Part shown: one piece after another, positions 13,740 through 29,800 of the stretch
Layout: the number at the start of each line of letters is the position of its first letter
How positions within the stretch are numbered: the stretch's first letter is position 1
NCBI RefSeq assembly: GCF_009914755.1
Contig: NC_060933.1
Direction: 5' to 3' (one strand)
DNA: 64,000 nt
Source of the DNA: the human T2T-CHM13v2.0 reference genome, Homo sapiens
Notes under the pieces: generated by a model
The model's input: only the letters and a program-made list of their open reading frames with translations
The model's database searches: none
What the model was told of the DNA's origin: nothing
Made by a program: the position numbers and the translations under genes

Positions 13740-16700
13740 CCACTCCATTCCATTGCACTCGGGTTGATTCCATTCCATTCCATTCCATTCCATTCCATTC
13801 CATTCCGGATGATTCCATTCCATTGCATTCCGTTCCATTACATTCCCCTGCACTCGCGTTGATTCCATTCCATTCCATTCCATTCCATTCAATTCCATTC
13901 CATTACAATTCGTTCCATTCCATTCTATTACGTACCATTCCATTCCATTCCATACCATTCCATTCCATTCCATTCCATTCCATTCCATTCCATTCCGTTG
14001 CATTCCGTTCCATTCCATTCCATTCCATTCTATTCGGGTTAATCCCATTCCATTCCATTCCATTCCATTCTATTCCATTCCATTGCAATCGAGTTGAATC
14101 CATTGCATTTCATTCCATTCCATTCCTTTCCATTCCATTCCTGAAGATTCCATTCCATTGCATTCCGTTCCATGCCATTCCCCTGCACTCGCGTTGATTC
14201 CATTCCATTCCATTCCATTCCATTCCATTCCATTCCGTTCGTTTCCGTTCCATTCCATTCCATTCCATTCCATTCCATTCCGTTCCGTTCCATTCCATTC
14301 CATTCCATTCTATTCGGGTTAATTCCATTCCATTCCATTCGATTGCAATCATGTTGATTCCATTCCATTCCATTCCATTCCATTCCTTTCCATTCCTTTC
14401 CATTCCATTACGGATGATTCCATTCCATTGCATTCCATTCCGGATGATTCCATTCCATTGCATTCCATTCCATTCCATTCCCCTGTACTCGGGTTGATTC
14501 CATTCCATTCCATTCAAATCCATGCCATTCCACTCGTGTTGATTCCATTCTTTCCATTCCATTCAAGTTGAATCCATTCCATTGCATTCCATTCCATTCC
14601 ATTCCATTCCATTGCATTCCATTCCGTTCCATTCCGTTCCATTCCATTCCATTCCTTTCCATTCTATTCGGGTTAATTCCATTCCATTCCATTCCATTCC
14701 ACTCCATTCCAGTCCTTTCCATTCCATTCCACTCGGGTTGATTCCAATGTATTCCTTTCCATTGCATTCCATTCCATTGCAATCGAGTTGATTCCATTGC
14801 TTTGCATTCCATTCCATTCCATTCCATTCCGGATGATTCCATTCCATTGCATTCCATTCCATTCCATTCCCCTGCACTCGGGTTGATTCCATTCCATTCC
14901 ACTCCATTCCGTTCCATTCCATTCCATTCCATTGTATTCGGGTTAATTCCATTCCATTCCATTCCATTCCATTCCATTCCATTCCATTCCATTACAATCG
15001 AGTTGATTCCATTCCATTCCATTCCATTCCATTCCATTCCATTCCATTCCATTGCAGTCCTTTCCATTCTATTCCACTCGGGTTGATTCCATTCTATTCG
15101 TTTCCATTCCATTCCATTCCCTTCCATTCCACTCTGGTTGATTTCATTCCTTTCCATTCCACTCGAATACATTCCCTCCTATTCCACTCGGAACGATTCC
15201 ATTCCATTCCATTCCATTCCATTCCATTCCATTCCATTCCATTCCAGTTCGTTCCATTCCTTTCTATTCCATACCATTCCATTCCATTCCATTCCTTTCC
15301 ATTCCATTCCTTTCCACTCGTGTTGATTCCATTCCTTTCCATTCCATTCGGTTTGAAGGCATTCCATTCCATTCAATTCCATTCCATTCCATTCCATTCC
15401 ATTCCATTCTATTCCATTCCATTGCAATCGAGATGAATCCATTGCCTTTCATTCCATTCCATTCCATTCCATTCCGTTCCGGAAGATTCCATTCCATTGC
15501 ATTCCATTCCATTCCATTCCCCTGCACTCGCGTTGATTCCATTCCATTCCATTCCATTCCATTCTGTTCCGTTCCATTCCATTCCATTCCATTCCGTTCC
15601 GTTCCATTCCATTCCATTCCATTCTATTCGGGTTAATTCCATTCCATTCCATTCGATTGCCATCGAGTTGATTCCATTCCATTCCATTCCCTTCCATTCA
15701 ATTCCATTCTATTCCATTCCTTTCCATTCCATTACGGATGACTCCATTCCATTGCATTCCATTCCATTCCATTCCTCTGTACTCGGGTTGATTCCATTCC
15801 ATTCCATTCCACTCCATTCGGTTCCATTGCATTCCATTCTATTGCATTCCATTCTATTCGGGTTAATTCCATTCCATTCTATTCCATTCCATTCCATTCC
15901 ATTCCATTGCAATGGAGTTGATTCCATTCCATTCCATTCCATTCCGGATGATTCCATTCCATTGCATTCCATTCCATTCCATTCCCCTGCACTCGTGTTG
16001 ATTCCATTCCCTTCCATTCCATTCCATTCCGTTCCATTCCATTCCATTCCATTCTATTCCGGTTAATTCCATTCCATTCCATTCGATTGCAATCATGTTG
16101 ATTCCATTCCATTCCATTCCATTCCATTCCACTCCATTCCATTGCACTCGGGTTGATTCCATTCCATTCCATTCCATTCCATTCCATTCCATTCCGGATG
16201 AATCCATTCCATTGCATTCCGTTCCATTACATTCCCCTGCACTCGCGTTGATTCCATTCCATTCCATTCCATTCCATTCAATTCCATTCCATTCCATTCC
16301 ATTCCATTCCATTACAATTCGTTCCATTCCATTCTATTCCGTACCATTCCATTCCATTCCATACCATTCCATTCCATTCCATTCCATTCCATTCCATTCC
16401 ATTCCATTCTATTCGTGTTAATCCCATTCCATTCCATTCCATTCCATTCTATTCCATTCCATTGCAATCGAGTTGAATCCATTGCATTTCATTCCATTCC
16501 ATTCCTTTCCATTCCATTCCGGAAGATTCCATTCCATTGCATTCCGTTCCATGCCATTCCCTTGCACTCGCGTTGATTCCATTCCATTCCATTCCATTCC
16601 ATTCCATTCCGTTCGGTTCCGTTCCATTCCATTCCATTCCATTCCATTCCATTCCGTTCCGTTCCATTCCATTCCATTCCATTCTATTCGGGTTAATTCC

Positions 16701-18475
16701 ATTCCATTCCATTCGATTGCAATCATGTTGATTCCATTCCATTCCATTCCATTCCATTCCTTTCCATTCCTTTCCATTCCATTACGGATGATTCCATTCC
16801 TTTGCATTCCATTCCGGATGATTCCATTCCATTGCATTCCATTCCATTCCATTCCCCTGTACTCGGGTTGATTCCATTCCATTCCATTCAAATCCATGCC
16901 ATTCCACTCGTGTTGATTCCATTCTTTCCATTCCATTCAAGTTGAATCCATTCAATTGCATTCCATTGCATTCCATTCCCCTGCAGTCGGGTTGATTCCA
17001 TTCCATTCCATTCCATTCCATTCCATTGCATTTCATTCCGTTGCATTCCGTTCCATTCCATTCCATTCCTTTCCATTCTATTCGGGTTAATTCCATTCCA
17101 TTCCATTCCATTCCACTCCATTCCAGTCCTTTCCATTCCATTCCACTCGGGTTGATTCCAATGTATTCCTTTCCATTGCATTCCATTCCATTGCAATCGA
17201 GTTGATTCCATTGCTTTGCATTCCATTCCATTCCATTCCATTCCGGATGATTCCATTCCATTGCATTCCATTCCATTCCATTCCCCTGCACTCGGGTTGA
17301 TTCCATTCCATTCCACTCCATTCCGTTCCATTCCATTCCATTCCATTGTATTCGGGTTAATTCCATTCCATTCCATTCCATTCCATTCCATTCCATTACA
17401 ATCGAGTTGATTCCATTCCATTCCATTCCATTCCATTCCATTCCATTCCATTCCATTGCAGTCCTTTCCATTCCATTCCACTCGGGTTGATTCCATTCTA
17501 TTCGTTTCCATTCCATTCCATTCCCTTCCATTCCACTCTGGTTGATTTCATTCCTTTCCATTCCATTCGAATACATTCCCTCCTATTCCACTCGGAACGA
17601 TTCCATTCCATTCCATTCCATTCCATTCCATTCCATTCCAGTTCGTTCCATTCCTTTCTATTCCGTACCATTCCATTCCATTCCATTCCTTTCCATTCCA
17701 TTCCTTTCCACTCGTGTTGATTCCATTCCTTTCCATTCCATTCGGTTTGAAGGCATTCCATTCCATTCAATTCCATTCCATTCCATTCCATTCCATTCCA
17801 TTCCATTCTATTCCATTCCATTGCAATCGAGTTGAATCCATTGCCTTTCATTCCATTCCATTCCATTCCATTCCATTCCGGAAGATTCCATTCCATTGCA
17901 TTCCATTCCATTCCATTCCCCTGCACTCGCGTTGATTCCATTCCATTCCATTCCATTCCATTCTGTTCCGTTCCATTCCATTCCATTCCATTCCGTTCCG
18001 TTCCATTCCATTCCATTCCATTCTATTCGGGTTAATTCCATTCCATTCCATTCGATTGCCATCGAGTTGATTCCATTCCATTCCATTCCCTTCCATTCAA
18101 TTCCATTCTATTCCATTCCTTTCCATTCCATTACGGATGACTCCATTCCATTGCATTCCATTCCATTCCATTCCTCTGTACTCGGGTTGATTCCATTCCA
18201 TTCCATTCCACTCCATTCGGTTCCATTGCATTCCATTCTATTGCATTCCATTCTATTCGGGTTAATTCCATTCCATTCTATTCCATTCCATTCCATTCCA
18301 TTCCATTGCAATGGAGTTGATTCCATTCCATTCCATTCCATTCCGGATGATTCCATTCCATTGCATTCCATTCCATTCCATTCCCCTGCACTCGTGTTGA
18401 TTCCATTCCCTTCCATTCCATTCCATTCCGTTCCATTCCATTCCATTCCATTCTATTCCGGTTAATTCCATTCCA
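13740..18475 (+). repeat. Tandem duplication of an approximately 2.4 kb block (about 13740-16075 and 16130-18475)
   Basis: ORF-track peptides at 15497..16066 and 17896..18465 are identical (offset 2399). Shared private variants are the doubled cggatgattcc cassette, cattcaaatcc, ctattcgtttcc and ggttgatttc. Confidence 0.85.
14411..14470 (+). repeat. Exact 30-bp tandem duplication (cggatgattccattccattgcattccattc)x2
   Basis: Read directly. It is also present, with one substitution, at about 16785-16844 in the duplicated block. Confidence 0.9.
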
Positions 18476-21214
18476 TTCCATTCCATTGCATTCCATTCCA
18501 TTCCATTGCAATCGAGTTGATTCCATTCCATTCCTTTCCATTCCATTCCATTGCCTTGCATTCCACTCGGGTTGATACCATTCCCTTCTTTCCACTCCAT
18601 TACATTCCTTTCCATGATTGATTCCATTCCATTCCATTCCATTTCATTCCATTGCAATCCATTCCAATCCATTCCATTCCATTCCATTCCACTTGAGTTG
18701 ACTTCATTCCATTCCTTTCCATTCTATTCCATTCCTTTCCACTCGAGTTGATTCCATTCCATTCCAATCCATTGTATTCCATTCCATGCCATTCCACTCG
18801 GGTTGTTTCCATTCCTTTGCATTCCATTCCATTCCATTCCATTCCGTTGCATTCCATTCCATTACATTCGAATTGATTCTATTCAACTCCCTTACTCTCC
18901 ATTACATTCCATTCCATTCGGGTTGTTCCATTCCATTCCATTCCATTCCACTCCATTCCATTGCACTCGGGTTTATTCCATTCCATTCCATTCCATTCCA
19001 TTCCGGATGATTCCATTCCATTGCATTCCGTTCCATTACATTCCCCTGCTCTCGCGTTGATTCCATTCCATTCCATTCCATTCCATTCAATTCCATTCCA
19101 TTACAATTCGTTCCATTCCTTTCTTTTCCGTACCATTCCATTCCATTCCATACCATTCCATTCCATTCCATTCCATTCCATTCCATTCCATTCCATTCCG
19201 TTACATTCTGTTCCATTCCATTCCATTCCATTCTATTCGGGTTGATCCCATTCCATTCCATTCCATTCCATTCTATTCCATTACATTGCAATCGAGTTGA
19301 ATCCATTGCATTTCATTCCATTCCATTCCATTCCATTCCATTCCGGAAGATTCCATTCCATTGCATTCCGTTCCATGCCATTCCCCTGCACTCGCGTTGA
19401 TTCCATTCCATTCCATTCCATTCCATTCCATTCCGTTCGGTTCCGTTCCATTCCATTCCATTCCATTCCATTCCATTCCATTCCGTTCCATTCCATTCCA
19501 TTCCATTCCATTCTATTCGGGTTAATTCCATTCCATTCCATTCGATTACAATCATGTTGATTCCATTCCATTGCATTCCATTCCATTCCATTCCATTCCT
19601 TTCCATTCCATTACGGATGATTCCATTCCAATGCATCCCATTCCATTCCATTCCCCTGTACTCGGGTTGATTCCATTCCATTGCATTCCAATCCATGCCC
19701 TTCCCCTCGTGTTGATTCCATTCTTTCCATTCCATTCAAGTTGAATCCATTCCATTGCATTCCATTCCATTCCATTCCATTCCATTCCATTCCATTCCAT
19801 TCTGTTCCATTCCATTCCATTACATTCGGATTGATTCTATTCAATTCCCTTACAATCCATTACATTCCATTGCATTCGGGTAGTTTCCATTCCATTCCAT
19901 TCCATTCCTCTCCATTCCATTGAACTCGGGTTGATTCCATTCCATTGCATTCCATTCCATTCCATTCAATTCCATTCCGTTCCATTCCATTCCATTACAT
20001 TCGGATTGATTCTATTCAACTCCCTTACTCTCCATTACATTCCATTCCATTCGGGTTGTTCCATTCCATTCCATTCCATTCCACTCCATTCCATTGCACT
20101 CGGGTTTATTCCATTCCATTCCATTCCATTCCATTCCATTCCATTCCATTCCGGAAGATTCCATTCCATTGCATTCCATTCCATTCCATTCCCCTGCACT
20201 CGCGTTGATTCCATTCCATTCCATTCCATTCCATTCCATTCCTTTCCGTTCCATTCCATTCCATTCCATTCCAATCCATTCCGTTCCGTTCCGTTCCGTT
20301 CCATTCCATTCCATTCCATTCTATTCGGGTTAATTCCATTCCATTCCATTCGATTGCTATCGAGTTGATTCCATTCCATTCCATTCCATTCCATTCCATT
20401 CCATTCCTTTCCATTCCTTTCCATTCCATTACGGATGATTCCTTTCCATTGCATTCCATTCCATTCCATTCCCCTGTACTCGGGTTGATTCCATTCCATT
20501 CCATTCGAATCCATGACATTCCACTCGTGGTGATTCCATTCTTTCCATTCCATTCAAGTTGAATCCATTCCATTGCATTCCATTCCATTCCATTCCCCTG
20601 CAGTCGGGTTGTTTCCATTCCATTCCATTCCATTCCATTCCATTCCATTCCATTCCATTCCGTTCCGTTCCATTCCATTCCATTCCATTCTATTCGGGTT
20701 AATTCCATTCCATTCCATTCCATTCCATTCCATTCCATTCCATTCCATTCCAATCGAGTTGATTCCATTCCATTCCATTCCATTCCATTCCACTCCATTC
20801 CAGTCCTTTCCATTCCATTCCACTCGGGTTGATTCCAATGTATTCCTTTCCATTCCATTCCATTCCATTGCAATCGAGTTGATTCCATTGCTTTGTATTC
20901 CATTCCATTCCATTCCATTCCGGATGATTCCATTCCATTGCATTCCATTCCATTCCATTCCCCTGCACTCGGGTTGATTCCATTCCATTCCACTCCATTC
21001 CGTTCCATTCCATTCCATTCCATTGTATTCGGGTTAATTCCATTCCATTCCATTCCATTCCATTCCATTACAATCGAGTTGATTCCATTCCATTCCATTC
21101 CATTCCAGTCCTTTCCATTCCATTCCTCTCGTGTTGATTCCATTCTATTAGTTTCCATTCCATTCCATTCCCTTCCATTCCACTCTGGTTGATTCCATTC
21201 CTTTCCATTCCACT
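17568..21214 (+). repeat. Second apparently complete copy (about 3.65 kb) of the loose higher-order unit
   Basis: Landmarks lie at 17568 and 21215. The cassette order matches 8611-12334: ggtttgaaggc, ttgcctttc, gccatcgag, gcaatggag, cccttctttcc, gttgacttc, ttacaattcg, ttgcatttc, gggtagttt, gggtttatt, ctgcagtc, caatgtatt, ttgctttg. Confidence 0.7.
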
Positions 21215-23809
21215 CGAATACATTCCCTCCTATTCCACTAGGAACGATTCCATTCCATTCCATTCCATTCCATTCCATTCCATTCCATTCCATTTCGTTC
21301 CATTCCATTCTATTCCGTATCATTCCATTCCATTCCATTCCATTCCATTCCATTCCATTCCATTCCATTCTATTCCTTTCCATTCCAGTACGGATGATTC
21401 CATTCCATTGCATTCCATTCCATTCCATTCCCCTATACTCGGGTTGATTCCATTCCATTCCATTCCAATCCATGCCATTCCACTCGTGTTGATTCCATTC
21501 TTTCCATTCCATTCACGTTGAATCCATTCCATTGCATTCCACTCCATTCGATTCCATTCGATTGCACTCGGGTTGATTCCATTGCATTGCATTCCATTCC
21601 ATTCCATTCCATTCCATTCCATTCCGTTCCATTCCATTTCATGACATTCAGATTGATTCTATTCAATTCCCTTACACTCCATTATATTCCAATCCATTCT
21701 GGTTGTCTCCATTCCATTCCGTTGCATTCCGTTCCATTACATTCGGATTGATTCTATTCAACTCCCTTACTCCCCATTCCATTCCATTCCATTCCACTCC
21801 ATTCCATTGTGCTCGGTTTGATTCCATTCCATTCCATTCCATTCCATTCCATTCCATTCCATTCCGGATGATTCCATTCCATTGCATTCCGTTCCATTAC
21901 ATTCCCCTGCAGTCGGGTTGATTCCATTTCATTCCATTCCATTCCATTCGATTCCATTCCATTCCAATTCTTTCCATTCCATTCTATTCCGTACCATTCC
22001 ATTCCATTCCATACAATTCCATTCCATTCCATTCCACTCCATTCCGTTCCGTTCCGTTCTGTTCCGTTCCATTCCATTCCATTCCATTCTATTCGGTTTA
22101 ATTCCATTCCATTCCATTCCATTCGATTCCATTCCATTCTATTTCATTCCATTGCAATCGAGCTGAATCCATTGCATTCCATTCCATTCCATTCCATTCC
22201 ATTCCATTCCATTCCATTCCATTCCGGAAGATTCCATTCCATTGCATTCCATTCCATTCCATTCCATTCCATTCCATTCCATTCCATTGTACTCGGGTTG
22301 ATTCCATTCCATTGCATTCCATTCCATTCCATTCCATTCCATTCCATTCCGTTCCATTCCATTCCATTATATTCGGATTGATTCTTTTCAACTCCCTTAC
22401 TCTCCATTACATTCCATTCCATTCGGGTTGTTCCATTCCATTCCATTCCATTGCACTCCATTCCATTGCACTCGGGTTGATTCCATTCCATTCCATTCCA
22501 TTCCATTCCGGATGATTACATTCCATTGCATTCCGTTCCATTACATTCCCCTGCACTCGGGTTGATTCCATTCCATTCCTTTCCATTCCATTCGATTCCA
22601 TTCCATTCCCCTGCACTCGGGTTGATTCCATTCCTTTTCATTACATTACATTCCGTTCCAATCCATTCCATTCCATTCGGATTGATTCTATTCAATTCCC
22701 TTACACTCCATTACATTCCATTCCATTCGGGTAGTTTCCATTCCATTCCATTCCATTCCTCTCCATTCCATTGCACTCGGGTTGATTCCATTCCATTCCA
22801 TTCCATTCCATTCGATTACATTACATTCCATTCCATTCCGTTCCATTGTACTCGGGTTGATTCCATTCCATTGCATTCCATTCCATTCCATTCCATTACA
22901 TTCCATTCCATTCCGTTCCATTCCATTACATTCGAATTGATTCTATTCAACTCCCTTACTCTCCATTACATTCCATTACATTCGGGTTGTTCCATTCCAT
23001 TCCATTCCATTCCTTTCCATTCCATTCCATTCCTCTCCATTCCATTGCACTCGGGTTGATTCCATTCCATTGCATTCCATTCCATTCCATTCAATTCCAT
23101 TCCGTTCCATTCCATTCCATTACATTCGGATTGATTCTATTCAACTCCCTTACTCTCCATTACATTCGATTCCATTCAGGTTGTTCCATTCCATTCCATT
23201 CCATTCCACTCCATTCCATTGCACTCGGGTTGATTCCATTCCATTCCATTCCATTCCGGAAGATTCCATTCCATTACATTACATTACATTACATTCCTCT
23301 GCACTCGCGTTGATTCCATTCCATTCCATTCCATTCCATTCCATTCCATTCCTTTCCGTTCCATTCCATTCAATTCCATTCCGTTCCGTTCCGATCCGTT
23401 CCGTTCAATTCCATTCCATTCCATTCTATTCGGGTTAATTCCATTCCATTCCATTCGATTGCGATCTAGTTGATTCCATTCCATTCCATTTCTTTCCATT
23501 CCATTACGGATGATTCCATTCCATTGCATTCCATTCCATTCCATTCCCCTGTACTCGGGTTTATTCCATTCCATTCCATTCCAATCCATGCCATTCCACT
23601 CGTGTTGATTCCATTCTTTCCATTCCATTCAAGTTGAATCCATTCCATTGCATTCCATTCCATTCGATTCCATTCGATTGCACTCGGGTTGATTCCATAC
23701 CATTGCATTCCATTCCATTCCATTTCATTCCATTCCATTCCTTTCCATTCCATTCCATTCCATTCCATTCCATTCCATTCCATTGCAATCGAGTTGATTC
23801 CATTCCATT

Positions 23810-26800
23810 CCATTCCATTCCATTCCAGTCCTTTCCATTACATTCCACTTGGGTTGATTCCATTCTATTAGTTTCCATTCCATTGCATTCCCTTCCATTG
23901 TATTCGGGTTAATTCCATTCCATTCCATTCCATTCCATTCCATTCCATTACAAACGAGTTGATTCCATTCCATTCCATTCCATTCCAGTCCTTTCCATTC
24001 CATTCCACTCGGGTTGATTCCATTCTATTAGTTTCCATTCCATTCCATTCCCTTCCATTCCACTCTTGTTGATTCCATTCCTTTCCATTCCACTCGAATA
24101 CATTCCCTCCTATTCTACTCGGAACGATTCCATTCCATTCCATTCCATTCCTTTCCATTCAATTCCATTTCGTTCCATTCCATTCTATTCCGTATCATTC
24201 CATTCCATTCCATTCCATTCCTTTCCATTCCATTCCATTCCATTGTACTCGGGTTGATTCCATTCCATTGCATTCCATTCCATTCCATTCCATTCCATTC
24301 CGTTGCATTCCATTCCATTACATTCGGATTGATTCTATTCAACTCCCTTACTTTCCATTACATTCCATTCCATTCGGGTTGTTCCATTCCATTCCATTCC
24401 ATTCCACTCCATTCCATTGCACTCGGGTTGATTCCATTCCATTCCATTCCATTCCATTCCATTCCGGATGATTCCATTCCATTGCATTCCGTTCCATTAC
24501 ATTCCCCTGCACTCGCGTTGATTCCATTCCATTCCATTCCATTCCATTCAATTCCATTCCATTACAATTCGTTCCATTCCATTCTATTCCGTACCATTCC
24601 ATTCCATTCCATACCATTCCATTCCATTCCATGCCATTCCAATCAAGTTGATTCCATTCCGTTCCATTCCGTTCCATTCCATTCCATTCCATTCTATTCG
24701 GATTAATTGCATTCCATTCCATTTCATTCCATTCTATTCCATTCCATTGCAATCGAGTTGAATCCATTGCATTTCATTCCATTCCATTCCATTCCATTCC
24801 ATTACGGAAGTTTCCATTCCATTTCATTCCATTCCATTCCATTCCCCTGCACTCGCGTTGATTCCATTCCATTCGATTCCATTCCATTCCGTTCCGTTCC
24901 ATTCCATTCCATTTCATTCCGTTCCGTTCCATTCCATTCCATTCCATTCTATTTGGGTTAATTCCATTCCATTCCATTCGATTGCAATCGAGTTGATTCC
25001 ATTCCATTCCATTCCATTCCATTCCATTCCATTCCAATCCTTTCCATTCCATTACGGATGATTCCATTCCATTGCATTCCATTCCATTCCATTCCCCTGT
25101 ACTCGGGTTGATTCCATTCCATTCCATTCCAATCCATGCCATTCCACTCGTGTTGATTCCATTCTTTCCATTCCATTCAAGTTGATTCCATTCCATTGCA
25201 TTCCATTCCATTCGATTCCATTCGAATGCACTCGGGTTGATTCCATTCCATTGCATTCCATTTCATTCCATTCCATTCCATTCCATTCCATTCCATTCCG
25301 TTCCATTCCATTCCATTACATTCGGATTGATTCTATTCAATTCCCTTACACTCCATTACATTCCATTCCATTCGGGTAGTTTCCATTCCATTCCATTCCA
25401 TTCCTCTCCATTCCATTGCACTCGGGTTGATTCCATTCCATTGCATTCCATTCCATTCCATTCAATTCCATTCCGTTCCATTCCATTCCATTACATTCGA
25501 GTTGATTCTATTCAACTCCCTTACTCTCAATTACATTCCATTCCATTCGGGTTGTTCCATTCCATTCCATTCCATTCCACTCCATTCCATTGCACTCGGG
25601 TTGATTCCATTCCATTCCATTCCATTCCATTCCATTCCATTCCATTCCGGAAGATTCCATTCCATTGCATTCCATTCCATTCCATTCCCCTGCACTCGCG
25701 TTGATTCCATTGCATTCCATTCTATTCCATTCCATTCCCTTGCTTTCCGTTCCATTCCATTCCATTCCATTCCATTCCGTTCCGTTCCATTCCATTCCAT
25801 TCCATTCTATTCGGGTTAATTCCATTCCATTCCATTCGATTGCAATCGAGTTGATTCCATTCCATTCCATTCCATTCCATTCCATTCCATTCCATTCCAT
25901 TCCATTACGGATGATTCCATTCCATTGCATTCCATTCCATTCCATTCCCCTGTACTCGGGTTGATTCCATTCCATTCCATTCCAATCCATGTCATTCCAC
26001 TCGTGTTGATTCCATTCTTTCCATTCCATTCAAGTTGAATCCATTCCATTGCATTCCATTCCATTCGATTCCATTCGATTGCACTCGGGTTGATTCCATT
26101 CCATTGCATTCCATTGCATTCCATTCCATTCCATTCCATTCCATTCCGTTCCATTCCATTCCATTACATTCGGATTGATTCTATTCAATTCCCTTACACT
26201 CCATTACATTCCATTCCATTCGGGTAGTTTCCATTCCATTCCATTCCATTCCTCTCCATTTCATTGAACTCGGGTTGATTCCATTCCATTGCATTCCATT
26301 CCATTCCATTCCATTCAATTCCGTTCCATTCCATTCCATTACATTCGGATAGATTCTATTCAACTCCCTTACTCTCCATTACATTCCATTCCATTCGGGT
26401 TGTTCCATTCCATTCCATTCCATTCCACTCCATTCCATTGCACTCGGGTTTATTCCATACTATTCCATTCCATTCCATTCAATTCCATTCCATTCCGGAA
26501 GATTCCATTCCATTGCATTCCATTCCATTCCATTCCCCTGCACTCGCGTTGATTCCATTCCATTCCATTCCATTCCATTCCATTCCGTTCCGTTCCATTC
26601 CATTCCATTCCATTCCATTCCATTCCGTTCCGTTCCATTCCATTCCATTCCATTCTATTCGGGTTAATTCCATTCCATTCCATTCGATTGCAATCGAGTT
26701 GATTCCATTCCATTCCATTCCATTCCATTCCATTCCATTCCATTCCTTTCCATTCCATTCCATTCCTTTCCATTCCATTACGGATGATTCCATTCCATTG

Positions 26801-29800
26801 CATTCCATTCCATTCCATTCCCCTGTACTCGGGTTGATTCCATTCCATTCCATTCCAATCCATGCCATTCCACTCGTGTTGATTCCATTCTTTCCATTCC
26901 ATTCAAGTTGAATCCATTCCATTGCATTCCATTCCATTCCATTCCCCTGCAGTCGGGTTGATTCCATTCCATTCCATTCCATTCCATTCCATTCCATTCC
27001 ATTCCAATCAAGTTGATTCCATTCCATTCCATTCCATTGCATTCCATTCCATTCCACTCCATTCCAGTCCTTTCCATTCCATTCCACTCGGGTTGATTCC
27101 AATGTATTCCTTTCCATTCCATTCCATTCCATTGCAATCGAGTTGATTCCATTGCTTTGCATTCCATTCCATTCGATTCCATTCCGGATGATTCCATTCC
27201 ATTGCATTCCATTCCATTCCATTCCCCTGCACTCGGGTTGATTCCATTCCATTCCACTCCATTCCATTCCATTCCATTCCATTCCATTGTATTCGGGTTA
27301 ATTCCATTCCATTCCATTCCATTCCATTCCATTCCATTACAATCGAGTTGATTCCATTCCATTCCATTCCATTCCAGTCCTTTCCATTCCATTCCACTCG
27401 GGTTGATTCCATTCTATTAGTTTCCATTCCATTCCATTCCCTTGCATTGTATTCGGGTTAATTCCATTCCATTCCATTCCATTCCATTCCATTCCATTCC
27501 ATTACAAACGAGTTGATTCCATTCCATTCCATTCCATTCCAGTCCTTTCCATTCCATTCCACTCGGGTTGATTCCATTCTATTAGTTTCCATTCCATTCC
27601 ATTCCCTTCCATTCCACTCTGGTTGATTCCATTCCTTTCCATTCCACTCGAATACATTCCCTCCTATTCCACTCGGAACGATTCCATTCCATTCCATTCT
27701 ATTCCTTTCCATTCAATTCCATTTCGTTCCATTCCATTCTATTCCGTATCATTCCATTCCATTCCATTCCATTCCATTCCATTCCATTCCATTCCATTCC
27801 ATTGTACTCTGGTTGATTACATTCCATTGCATTCCATTCCATTCCATTCCATTCCATTCCGTTGCATTCCATTCCATTACATTCGGATTGATTCTATTCA
27901 ACTCCCTTACTCTCCATTACATTCCATTCCATTCGGGTTGTTCCATTCCATTCCATTCCATTCCACTCCATTCCATTGCACTCAGGTTGATTCCATTCCA
28001 TTCCATTCCATTGCATTCCATTCCATTCCGGATGATTCCATTCCAATGCATTCCGTTCCATTACATTCCCCTGCACTCGCGTTGATTCCATTCCATTCCA
28101 TTCCATTCCATTCAATTCCATTCCATTACAATTCGTTCCATTCCATTCTATTCCGTACCATTCCATTCTATTCCATACCATTCCATTCCATTCCATTCCA
28201 TTCCATTCCATTCTGTTCCATTCCGTTCCATTCCATTCCATTCCATTCTATTCTGATTAATTGCATTCCATTCCATTTCATTCCATTCTATTCCATTCCA
28301 TTGCAATCGAGTTGAATCCATTGCATTTCATTCCATTCCATTCCATTCCATTCCATTCCATTCCGGAAGTTTTCATTCCATTGCATTGCATTCCATTCCA
28401 TTCCCCTGCACTCGCGTTGATTCCATTCCATTCCATCCATTCCATTCCGTTACGTTCCATTCCATTCCATTCCATTCCGTTCCGTTCCATTCCATTCCAT
28501 TCCATTCTATTCGGGTTAATTCCATTCCATTCCATTCGATTGCAATCGAGTTGATTCCATTCCATTCCATTCCATTCCATTCCATTCCATTCCATTCCAT
28601 TCCTTTCTATTCCATTACGGATGATTCCATTCCATTGCATTCCATTCCATTCCATTCCCCTGTACTCGGGTTGATTCCATTCCATTCCATTCCAATCCAT
28701 GCCATTCAACTCGTGTTGATTCCATTCTTTCCATTCCATTCAAGTTGATTCCATTCCATTGCATTCCATTCCATTCGATTCCATTCGATTGCACTCGGGT
28801 TGATTCCATTCCATTGCATTCCATTCCATTCCATTCCATTCCATTCCATTCCATTCCGTTCCATTCCATTCCATTACATTCGGATTGATTCTATTCAATT
28901 CCCTTACACTCCATTACATTCCATTCCATTCGGGTAGTTTCCATTCCATTCCATTCCTTTCCTCTACATTCCATTGCACTCGGGTTGATTCCATTCCATT
29001 GCATTCCATTCCATTCTATTCAATTCCATTCCGTTCCATTCCATTCCATTACATTCGGATTGATTCTATTCAACTCCCTTACTCTCCATTACATTCCATT
29101 CCATTCGGGTTGTTCCATTCCATTCCATTCTATTCCACTCCATTCCATTGCACTCGGGTTGATTCCATTCCATTCCATTCCATTCCATTCAATTCCATTC
29201 CATTCCGGAAGATTCCATTCCATTGCATTCCATTCCATTCCATTCCCCTGCACTCGCGTTGATTCCATTGCATTCCATTCTATTCCATTCCATTCCCTTC
29301 CTTTCCGTTCCATTCCATTCCATTCCATTCCATTCCGTTCCGTTCCATTCCATTCCATTCCATTCTATTCGGGTTAATTCCATTCCATTCCATTCGATTG
29401 CAATCGAGTTGATTCCATTCCATTCCATTCCATTCCATTCCATTCCATTCCATTCCATTCCATTACGGATGATTCCATTCCATTGCATTCCATTCCATTC
29501 CATTCCCCTGTACTCGGGTTGATTCCATTCCATTCCATTCCAATCCATGTCATTCCACTCGTGTTGATTCCATTCTTTCCATTCCATTCAAGTTGAATCC
29601 ATTCCATTGCATTCCATTCCATTCGATTCCATTCGATTGCACTCGGGTTGATTCCATTCCATTGCATTCCATTCCATTCCATTCCATTCCGTTCCATTCC
29701 ATTCCATTACATTCGGATTGATTCTATTCAATTCCCTTACAATCCATTACATTCCATTCCATTCGGGTAGTTTCCATTCCATTCCATTCCATTCCTCTCC

